Assembly (NCBI GenBank): GCA_020029475.1
Contig: JAIBJG010000005.1
Location: forward strand, 13,169 to 77,168
Length of the DNA: 64,000 bases
Source of the DNA: Methanobacteriota archaeon
GTDB lineage: Archaea > Thermoplasmatota > Thermoplasmata > RBG-16-68-12
Direction: 5' to 3'
In this document: positions 22,692 to 30,034 of the stretch, piece after piece
Position numbering within the stretch: the stretch's first letter is position 1
How the letters are laid out: the number at the start of each line of letters is the position of its first letter
Notes under the pieces: generated by a model
What the model saw: only the letters and a program-made list of their open reading frames with translations
Told to the model about the DNA's origin: nothing
Database searches by the model: none
Made by a program: the position numbers and the translations under genes

Positions 22692-22937
22692 ATGGTGGAG
22701 TACGCCCCGGGCGTGTGCAACATCGGGCCCCGCGGGCGGATCGAGCGGGCCGCGTTCGGCATCGCGGTCCTCGTCTTCGCGATCGGCCTGTGGCACCTCG
22801 TACGCCTGAACACGCTCCCCTCCTGGCCGCTCCTCCTCCTGTTCCTGCCCCTCGCCGCGGGGTTCATCGCGATCCTCGAGGCCGTCTTCGGGTTCTGTGT
22901 GGTCTTCGCCCACGAGGGCGTCTACGACCTCCGGTGA
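22692..22937 (+). CDS. small hypothetical membrane protein (YAPGVCNIG motif, 2 TM)
   Basis: ATG at 22692, MVEYAPGVCNIGPRGRIERAAFGIAVLVFAIGLWHLV...LLLLFLPLAAGFIAILEAVFGF. The track ORF starts earlier at 22593 in a low-complexity region. Confidence 0.35.
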   Translation: MVEYAPGVCNIGPRGRIERAAFGIAVLVFAIGLWHLVRLNTLPSWPLLLLFLPLAAGFIAILEAVFGFCVVFAHEGVYDLR

Positions 22938-23063
22938 TCCCATGACCACGCGCGGGGAGGTCACGGAGGCGAAGTGGCGGGCGAAGGACCGCCGGCGGGC
23001 CCTCCTGATCTACGCCCTCGGGGGGGCCGCGGCGGCGCTCGTGACCGCCCTCCTGTACTTCTT

Positions 23064-24129
23064 CTAGGGCAGAGGGGTTCGGAGCCCGCCCTCGTCGAGC
23101 TCGTACCTCTTCCCCCGCCATTCGATCCGGCGTACCCGGCGGGTCCGGAGGAGGTTCCCCGCGATGACCCAGGGCACCGCGAGGTTCGCGAGGGCCCACG
23201 TCCCCGCGGACACCCGCCACGACGCGGCGAGGCCCGGGGATCCTTCGAACACCGCACGTCTCCGGAGGCTCGCGTTCATCGTCGCCACGGGGACGTCGAA
23301 GAGGAACAGGGCCGCGGGGATCAGGAAGGCGGGAGCAACAAGCGCCCCGAGCGCAAGGGAGACGAGGCCGAGGAGGACGGACCCGTTGAACACCCCGTAC
23401 GTGAGGGCCGCGAAGTTCCGGATGTGCGGGCCCCACAGGACGACCATCGCGGTCTGTCGGTCCGTCCACTCGAGGCACTCCCTGCGGTCGCAGTCCTCGA
23501 ACGTCGGGGCGACCGCGCGAGGAACGAACTGTACGCGGAGCCCCATCCCCTTCACAGCGGCCGTCACGGCGAGGTCCTCGCTCAGGGTGCCCCGCCACAG
23601 CGCGTTGAGGTCAAGACCCTCGAGGTTCTCTCTCCGGATTGCCCACGCCCCGCCCCACAGGAAGTTGTACCGGTCGCTGAAGAAGATGTTCAGGCCCGCG
23701 GCGTTCCACGCAGAGCGGACCGCGGACCACAGCCCGCCCCGGACCGGCGTGTACCACCGGTACCCCGTCGTCGCTCCGATCGTGGGGAGGGTCCGCGGCG
23801 AGAGCGATCCTCGAGGACGCCCCGTGGCGGGCTTGGCACCTTTCGATCCCCGCGACCGCGGGATCGTCCATGCGGTCGACACAGAACACGACGCCGTAGC
23901 CAGGGTACTTCTGGCTCAAGATCGCGTCGAGGTTCTTCTCGAGTTCCGGGTCCGTGCCACGGCACGGCACGACGGCGAGGACCCTGGGGAGGAAGGCGCC
24001 TCGGTCCCAGACCGCGGTCCCGCGGATCTGTCGACGGAACCGTAAGGCCATCGCGGCCGCCGCGCAGGAAGCCACGAAGGCGAGGATGCCGAGGCCGCCG
24101 AGGATCCAGAGCAGGAGGTCCCACGCCAC
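23064..24129 (-). pseudogene. family-2 glycosyltransferase (GT2) disrupted by a +1 frameshift
   Basis: The N-terminal GT2 region is in one frame (24129->23611: TM helix, VVPCRGTDPELEKNLDAILSQKYPGYGVVFCVDRMDD...RIALAADPP). The C-terminal GT2 region is in another frame (23882->23064: ...GGLWSAVRSAW...WGGAWAIRRENLEGL...). Deleting one G from the plus-strand GGGG run at 23784-23787 joins them as ...AADPP|TIGATTGYRWYTPVRGGLW. Confidence 0.6.
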
Positions 24130-24169
24130 GGGCCGCCTCCATGGACGGGCTCGGTAAGAACGTTCTCCG

Positions 24170-24478
24170 TCACTCCGGAGAGATGAGGACGCGGCCGTCC
24201 TCCACCTTCACCGGGTACCGCCGCAGTCGCGCGAGCGGATTCAGGAGGTTCTGCCCGGAGCGCACGTCATACTGCCATCCGTGCCACGGGCACGTCACGA
24301 CCTCGTCGTCGAGCTCGCCCTCCCCGACGGGCCCACCGCGGTGGAGGCACGTGTTGCTCACCGCGTAGAACGAGCCGCCGACGTTGAAGAGGGCGACGAT
24401 GTGGCCCGCCACGACGACGACCTTTGACGTCCCTGGAGGGACCTCCGACGCGTCCGCGACGGGGACGAAGTCCGCCAT
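24170..24478 (-). CDS. Rieske [2Fe-2S] domain ferredoxin (NirD-like small Rieske protein)
   Basis: 102 aa with CLHRGGPV...CPWHGWQYD (CxH...CxxH Rieske ligands). Confidence 0.8.
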   Translation of the reverse strand: MADFVPVADASEVPPGTSKVVVVAGHIVALFNVGGSFYAVSNTCLHRGGPVGEGELDDEVVTCPWHGWQYDVRSGQNLLNPLARLRRYPVKVEDGRVLISPE

Positions 24479-24569
24479 CGGGACCCCGAACCCGCGGGCG
24501 GCTTAAACCATCGCGGACGGCGGGAAACCTTTATCGGCCCCCGCCGCGGATAGGGTCCGAGGCGCCCCC

Positions 24570-24842
24570 ATGAACGAGGAGCAGGAGAAGATCGTCGGGC
24601 TCTGCAGAGCCTTCGTGACGTCGATGATGGATGTCGAGGCCGGGATCACCGCGATGAGCGAGAAGATGTCGAAGGCGGAGCGCCAGGAGTGCCTGAAGGC
24701 GGTGCTCCGGTGGGTCGACACGTCGCCGGAGATCCCCGCGAACAGCTACAGCCGCGAGCTCGCGCGGGAGATCCTCGGGCAGCTCAGTGCGTCCGCGTTC
24801 TACGAGGACTACGCGGGGTCCGCGGACTCGTACATCCAGTGA
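24570..24842 (+). CDS. hypothetical protein (90 aa)
   Basis: High GC3; MNEEQEKIVGLCRAFVTSMMD...; no family recognised. Confidence 0.4.
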   Translation: MNEEQEKIVGLCRAFVTSMMDVEAGITAMSEKMSKAERQECLKAVLRWVDTSPEIPANSYSRELAREILGQLSASAFYEDYAGSADSYIQ

Positions 24843-25136
24843 GTTCGAGGGCCGTGACGAACGTCCTCGCGATGAACGCCGGGGACCAAAGACAGTTTCC
24901 AAGTCCTATCGTGTCGGAGTGGAAAACCGAGATTCCGTGCTTGGGGAAAACGACATCTTTCGGGGCGATGCGGAATCCCACGGGTCAACGGCGCCGCTCA
25001 GGTTTAACAAGGCCCCGCCATATCCCCCCTGAGGGATGAATGAGGGGACTTCCGTGCTTTTATCACTGGAGGTTGCACCAACCCCCACGCACTCCAGACC
25101 AATCCAACGAGCGGTGCGGAAAAAGATGGAACGGCG

Positions 25137-25343
25137 GTGGCAGACTTGACCGGAATCGGGTCGTACTTCACGGGGTTCCTCGCAGTCCCACCGATTCTGG
25201 GAGCGGGAACCGTTGTGGACCTCGCAATCCTTGTCGCCGGGATGTTGGTCTTCGCGTACCGAGTGCGAACGCAACGGGAGACGTCACCTGACCGTGGCGG
25301 GCCGTTGAGGTCGACCGCCATTGACGAGGGGCCAAAGTCTTAA
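25137..25343 (+). CDS. possible small membrane protein (68 aa)
   Basis: MADLTGIGSYFTGFLAVPPILGAGTVVDLAILVAGMLVFAY... is hydrophobic. It lies in the atypically low-GC 540-bp spacer upstream of the ALDH gene, and its GC3 is lower than neighbouring genes. Confidence 0.25.
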   Translation: MADLTGIGSYFTGFLAVPPILGAGTVVDLAILVAGMLVFAYRVRTQRETSPDRGGPLRSTAIDEGPKS

Positions 25344-25379
25344 CCCGTCGCGGGCCATCGTCGCGAACCGGGAGAGACC

Positions 25380-26957
25380 ATGGTCTTCCGGAACGAGAGG
25401 ACGTGGCAGAACGCGGTGGACGCGGGCCGCCAGGAGGAGTTCCACACTGCGTACGATGCCGCGGTCGTGAAGGTCCGCGCGGAATTCGGCGGGAAGCACC
25501 CGATGTACATCGACGGGAAGGCGGTGTCGTCCGGCGACGGGACGTTCGACGACACCTCCCCCGGGAACCGGAAGCTTCTCCTCGGGAAGTTCCAGAAGGG
25601 CACGCGCGCGGACGCGAAGAAGGCGGTCGAGGCCGCGAAGGCGGGGTTCCGCGCCTGGAGCGGGACCCACTACCTGGAGCGGGCCCGGATCATGCAGCGC
25701 ACCGCGGACCTCATGTCCGAACGGAAGTTCCTCCTCGCCGCCCTGATGACGTTCGAGAACGGGAAGAACCGCTTCGAGGCGGTCGCGGACGTGGACGAGG
25801 CGATCGACTTCCTCCGGTGGTACGCGGAGGCGATGATCGCGAACCAGGGGTTCGAGCGGGAGATGGGCCGGTATTACCCGAACGAGATCGCCCGGAGCCT
25901 GCTGCGGCCGTTCGGGGTCTGGGCCGTGGTCTCCCCGTTCAACTTCCCTCTCGCGATCGCGACGGGGATGACCGTCGGGGCCCTCGTCACCGGGAACACC
26001 GCGGTCCTGAAGCCCGCCAGCGACACGCCGTTCATGGCCCTGCGGCTGTACGAGACCCTCCGCGAGGCGGGCGTCCCCGGCAGCGCCCTCCAGTACGTGA
26101 CGGGCCCCGGGAGCACCGTGGGCCAGGAGCTCGTCGAGAACGAGGACGTGGCGGGCTTCGCGTTCACGGGGTCGAAGGCGGTGGGCCTCGGTGCGTTCCG
26201 GCGGTTCTCGGAGACCCACCCGAAGCCGATGATCTCAGAGATGGGCGGGAAGAACCCGACGATCGTCACGGCGACCGCGAACCTGGACAAGGCGGTGTCC
26301 GGCGTGATGCGGGGCGCCTTCGGATATGGCGGGCAGAAGTGCTCCGCCACGTCCCGTGTGATCGTGGACAAGCGGATCAAGCCGCAGTTCCTCGCCCGCC
26401 TCGTGGAGGAGACGAAGCGGATCACGATCGGAGACCCGACGGGGCGGGACGTGTTCCTCGGGCCCGTGATCAACGAGGACGCGGTCCGGAAGTACACCCT
26501 CGCGATCGGGATCGCGAAGAAGGGCCGAGGCATGATTCTCTTCGGGGGACGCGTCCTTCGCACGGGACCCTTCAAGGACGGCCTGTTCGTCGAGCCCACG
26601 ATCGTGGACGGGCTCCCGGCCTCCCACCGGATCAACCAGGAGGAGTGGTTCGTCCCGATCCTCAGCGTGATCGCGTGCGACGGCCTCGACGAGGCCCTCG
26701 AGATCGCGAACGGCGTGGAGTACGGCCTCACGGCGGGGATTTTCAGCGAGGACCCCAAGGACGTGGCCCGGTTCTTCGACCGCATCGAGGCGGGGGTCGC
26801 GTACGCGAACCGGGCGAGCGGGTCCACGACGGGCGCCGTCGTCGGGGTGCAGCCGTTCGGCGGGTGGAAGACGAGCACGGTCACGAACAAGGCGGCGGGC
26901 GGGGACTACTACCTGCAGCAGTTCCTCCGGGAGCAGAGCCAGACGACGTACTCGTAG
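25380..26957 (+). CDS. aldehyde dehydrogenase family; probable 1-pyrroline-5-carboxylate (L-glutamate gamma-semialdehyde) dehydrogenase
   Basis: 525 aa with a RocA-like N-terminal extension. ALDH motifs: VVSPFNFPLAI, FTGSKAVG, EMGGKNP (catalytic Glu region), GQKCSATSRVIV (catalytic Cys). Confidence 0.85.
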   Translation: MVFRNERTWQNAVDAGRQEEFHTAYDAAVVKVRAEFGGKHPMYIDGKAVSSGDGTFDDTSPGNRKLLLGKFQKGTRADAKKAVEAAKAGFRAWSGTHYLERARIMQRTADLMSERKFLLAALMTFENGKNRFEAVADVDEAIDFLRWYAEAMIANQGFEREMGRYYPNEIARSLLRPFGVWAVVSPFNFPLAIATGMTVGALVTGNTAVLKPASDTPFMALRLYETLREAGVPGSALQYVTGPGSTVGQELVENEDVAGFAFTGSKAVGLGAFRRFSETHPKPMISEMGGKNPTIVTATANLDKAVSGVMRGAFGYGGQKCSATSRVIVDKRIKPQFLARLVEETKRITIGDPTGRDVFLGPVINEDAVRKYTLAIGIAKKGRGMILFGGRVLRTGPFKDGLFVEPTIVDGLPASHRINQEEWFVPILSVIACDGLDEALEIANGVEYGLTAGIFSEDPKDVARFFDRIEAGVAYANRASGSTTGAVVGVQPFGGWKTSTVTNKAAGGDYYLQQFLREQSQTTYS

Positions 26958-27016
26958 GACTCATCTCGCGGGACGGAGCCCTTATCTCCCGGTTCGAGTC
27001 TACACGGTTTCGACAG

Positions 27017-27238
27017 ATGCTCGCTCGCGTGCGCCGGTGGGGGAATAGCCTAGCAGTCCGCATCCGGAAGGCGGACGCAGACATGGCGGGAGTTTCCGAA
27101 GGGGACATCGTCCGGATCACGATCGTCGGAATCGCGAGAGGAAGCGGCCTCGACCTCTCCACCCTTCCGACGTTTGCCGACCCCGACCCGAGGGTGAGCG
27201 TGGACCACGACCGGTACGTGTACGGTCCGAGGTCGTGA
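27017..27238 (+). CDS. AbrB/MazE/SpoVT-family (swapped-hairpin) small DNA-binding protein, antitoxin-like (73 aa)
   Basis: MLARVRRWGNSLAVRIRKADADMAGVSEGDIVRITIVG... matches the vrkwGnSlavriPk...eGd.v motif. It is hidden in the last 74 codons of a spurious 611-aa ORF. Its stop TGA (27236-27238) overlaps a GTG (27235) at the head of the methyltransferase ORF. Confidence 0.55.
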   Translation: MLARVRRWGNSLAVRIRKADADMAGVSEGDIVRITIVGIARGSGLDLSTLPTFADPDPRVSVDHDRYVYGPRS

Positions 27239-27843
27239 CCCCGGAAGGGAAAGGCGCAAGCTCTCGGTATCCCTCGTGGGGAGTGATGCCCCTCGTCCTT
27301 GGCCAGGCGCGTACGCGTCGATTCTTCGACTGGCTCGCGCCGTCGTACGACATCGTGAACGCGATCATCTTCCGTCCGGAATGGCGCGCGAAGGTCCGGG
27401 CGGCGCTCCTCCCCGGGCGAGTGCTCGACATCGGGGTAGGGACGGGGTTCACGAGCGCAGACGTGGCCGGAGCCGTCGGAATCGACCTGTCCTCCGAAAT
27501 GGTTTCGCGGGCGAGGGGGTATCTCGGAGATCTCGTCCTCGCGGACGCGATGAGCACGCCCTTTCGCGCAGGGAGCTTCTCGACGATCGTGTGCGCGGGT
27601 TCCTTCTACTACCTGCCCGACCCCCTCGCGGCGCTGCGGGGGTTCCACAGGCTCCTGCGGGATGGCGGGCGTGTCGTAATGCTCGGACCGGAGGCGTGGT
27701 TCCTGAGGCCCCTCGTGAGGACCTTCGTCCGGCGAGATTACGAGGCCCTCGCGGGGGAGACGGACTTCGACCTCGTCCAGTACGAATCCCTCCGCGGGGT
27801 CGCATCCCTCGTCGTCATGGAGAAACAGAACGTGTTGCCCTAG
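27235..27843 (+). CDS. class I SAM-dependent methyltransferase (Methyltransf_11/UbiE-COQ5-like)
   Basis: VLDIGVGTGF (motif I), DLVLADAMSTPF, GGRVVML. The start is either GTG 27235 (GTGA-coupled to the AbrB-like gene) or ATG 27286 (MPLVLGQ). Confidence 0.75.
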   Translation: MTPEGKGASSRYPSWGVMPLVLGQARTRRFFDWLAPSYDIVNAIIFRPEWRAKVRAALLPGRVLDIGVGTGFTSADVAGAVGIDLSSEMVSRARGYLGDLVLADAMSTPFRAGSFSTIVCAGSFYYLPDPLAALRGFHRLLRDGGRVVMLGPEAWFLRPLVRTFVRRDYEALAGETDFDLVQYESLRGVASLVVMEKQNVLP

Positions 27844-28095
27844 GCCTTCGGAGCATGCGCGGGACAAAGACGGCGGAGACGACGGCATGCGGCGCAGTCC
27901 TCCTGCTTGACCTGCGGGAGCGGCTTCTGCATCCGTCCGTATTTCCGCCGCGGCATGTCGCAGACCGCGCACCGAGGGCGGAATGATAAACCCTCGTTCC
28001 TCCTGGGCCCCAACCCCCATTTGAGCGTCGATCGTTCGAGTAATTACCACCGGTTTATCGACGCCCCGGAGTCCTAGAATCCGGAAGGGATCGAA

Positions 28096-28359
28096 GTGGC
28101 CACGATCGCCCGAATCCTGAAGCGCGCCGGAGGTCCGTTCATCCTGATGGGGGTCGGGTTCTTCCTGGCATTCGCGGGCCTTGCGGGGGACTACTACCAG
28201 CACGAGATCGCCGGGTTCTCACCCGCCCTCGAGAGCTTCTTCGCGCCCGTCCACGTGATGATCTTCGCTGGGATTCTCGTGGCGGCGCTCGGGTTCCTCT
28301 GGGGACTGCTCCGGGTATCGTTCACGCTTGGACCGGGCCCGAGGGACTGGGCAGACTAG
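28096..28359 (+). CDS. small hypothetical membrane protein (2 TM)
   Basis: 87 aa, ILMGVGFFLAFAGLAG...VHVMIFAGILVAALGFLWGLL. GTG start. Confidence 0.45.
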   Translation: MATIARILKRAGGPFILMGVGFFLAFAGLAGDYYQHEIAGFSPALESFFAPVHVMIFAGILVAALGFLWGLLRVSFTLGPGPRDWAD

Positions 28360-28538
28360 CCCCCGGTCGGGCGCGCCTCCCCGACGCTCCCCTTCTTCGA
28401 CGCGCACGAGCGGCAGCGGTGGACCTTCGCGTGCTCCTCGCGGACCTCGGGAGGCTTCTGGCACCACAGCGGGTACCGCTCCTGCGTCCCGCACACGACG
28501 CATTCGATTGTGAGGGCGTCCGGCCCCGTGGTCCTCAC
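28356..28538 (-). CDS. small Cys-rich zinc-ribbon protein (~60 aa) translationally coupled to the upstream diiron-protein gene
   Basis: VRTTGPDALTIECVVCGTQERYPLWCQKPPEVREEHAKVHRCRSCASKKG... is C-x2-C-x9-C-x15-C-x2-C. The GTG at 28538 overlaps the TGA (28537-28535) of the upstream gene as GTGA. The track's ATG at 28568 lies inside that gene. Confidence 0.4.
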   Translation of the reverse strand: MRTTGPDALTIECVVCGTQERYPLWCQKPPEVREEHAKVHRCRSCASKKGSVGEARPTGG

Positions 28539-29950
28539 CACTTCTTCGCGAGGACCGGGTCGCCCCATTTCGGGTTGAACAGAAACTCCTCCTTCACGAA
28601 CCGGAAGTGGCGGGAGTTCATGTAGTCCTTGGGGAGCACGGTGTGCAGGTACTCGATGTACCGCTCCCGGTCGACAGGCCTACCGCCCTCCGTGAGGAGG
28701 TTCCCGTTCACGTCGTACGGGAGGTAGACGTAGCCGACTCCGGAGAAGCCCGAGCCCGGGAGCATGTAGTCCCCGTACTCCGCGAGCCCGCGGATCCGGA
28801 AGAACCGCCGGTGGGGCAGGCGGAGGAGATCGTCGGGCCCCATGCCGTCGACGCGCTCCCCGCCCTCGAGACGGGCGAGGGCCCGCTTCGCCTCCTCCCG
28901 CGGGGCCTTCAGCTTCGCGCCTAGGACTGCGAGGTTGATGTCCCGCACCTTCCCCGCCACCTCGTCGAGGTAGATCCTCTGGGCCTCGTCGTTCCCCAGC
29001 GTCTTGAACAGGCCCTTCACCGCGGCCCCGCCAAGCTCGGAGCCGAACATCTCGAGGCCCCGCGGGGACCACATGTTCAGGGACCGCTGGACGTCGTCGA
29101 GCCCGAAGTTCCCGCCATCGAGCGCGCCCGCGACCGCGATCGCCTTCAGGAGCTTCTCCCCCGCCGCGAGGTGGTACGACTCCTCGAGCCATCGCATGTA
29201 CGGCATGCTCAGGGCCATCGGCCCGTACAGGAAGTGGTGCTGCATCTCGAGCTGGTACTTCCCCACCCGGTCGATCAGGGCGAGGAACGTCGACGTGTCC
29301 AGGAGGCTCTGGAACTCGATGTTGAAGGCGTCGAGGACGTGCTCCCCGGGCTTCATCGCGAACAGCTCCTCGAGGATCTCCGTGGCCCAATGGCGGCCCC
29401 ACCGGGGAGCATCCCACCCGCCATCGAGGGTGAGGACGCCCGCCATCTGGTAGTGGTGGCGGAGCTCCTCCACGCACACACGCTTCTTCGAGAAGCTGAT
29501 GGACTCGAGGGTGTGACCGCCCGGCTGGGTGCGGTGGATCCCCTCGACGATCTCCTTGTCCAGGCCGGTGAGAGAGCCGGAGTCGAGCTTCTCGTACACC
29601 ATCCGGTGCTGCTGGATGGAGCCGAGTTCCGTGGACGCCTGCGCGCGGATGATCTTCAGGGCCGTGTTGAAGCGGTTGTCGTCCAGGTCCTCCGCCTTCC
29701 AGACGCGGCCGGAGAGGTCCGCCGTGGCGGGGGACGCGCCGACGACCTTCGAGGCGAACGAGGCGAAGGCGTCGGGCTTCGCGAAGACCGTAGTGACCTG
29801 GGGGATCGGGACCTCCGGATAGAAGCGGTTCCAGCTCGGGGCGTCGAGGACGTCCGGCATCTCCGGGAAGTACCTCTCCCGCCACGCGACCCCCTCTTCG
29901 TGCCACTTCTTCGGCAGAGGTTCGAGCATGAAGCCGTCGAGGAAGGGCAT
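28535..29950 (-). CDS. ferritin-like diiron-carboxylate protein, BoxB-like (benzoyl-CoA oxygenase component B family) candidate
   Basis: 471 aa (BoxB is ~473). Two ExxH motifs ~95 residues apart (EELRHH at ~161-166, EESYH at ~256-260), with acidic residues ~25-30 positions upstream of each, as in class I diiron oxygenases. Family call is by pattern only. Confidence 0.55.
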   Translation of the reverse strand: MPFLDGFMLEPLPKKWHEEGVAWRERYFPEMPDVLDAPSWNRFYPEVPIPQVTTVFAKPDAFASFASKVVGASPATADLSGRVWKAEDLDDNRFNTALKIIRAQASTELGSIQQHRMVYEKLDSGSLTGLDKEIVEGIHRTQPGGHTLESISFSKKRVCVEELRHHYQMAGVLTLDGGWDAPRWGRHWATEILEELFAMKPGEHVLDAFNIEFQSLLDTSTFLALIDRVGKYQLEMQHHFLYGPMALSMPYMRWLEESYHLAAGEKLLKAIAVAGALDGGNFGLDDVQRSLNMWSPRGLEMFGSELGGAAVKGLFKTLGNDEAQRIYLDEVAGKVRDINLAVLGAKLKAPREEAKRALARLEGGERVDGMGPDDLLRLPHRRFFRIRGLAEYGDYMLPGSGFSGVGYVYLPYDVNGNLLTEGGRPVDRERYIEYLHTVLPKDYMNSRHFRFVKEEFLFNPKWGDPVLAKKW

Positions 29951-30034
29951 CGCGACGAGGATAGCCGGGCGGGGGTTTAGACCTTTCGCTATCTCTTAGC
30001 TACGTTGTAGCGGAGGCCGTTCCCCCGCCGCACC

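Noticed and set aside
25403-27238. 611-aa ORF in an alternate frame of the ALDH gene
   Set aside because: Arg/Gly-rich nonsense over most of its length. Only its final 73 codons (27017-27238) are a real gene, the AbrB/SpoVT-like protein reported separately.
27840-27955. Antisense 38-57-aa ORF with CAVC...CAAC (zinc-ribbon-like) downstream of the MTase
   Set aside because: No ATG/GTG start before the first Cys pair (only a TTG). It overlaps the MTase stop, has mixed codon usage and lies inside a larger spurious antisense frame. Kept as unproven.
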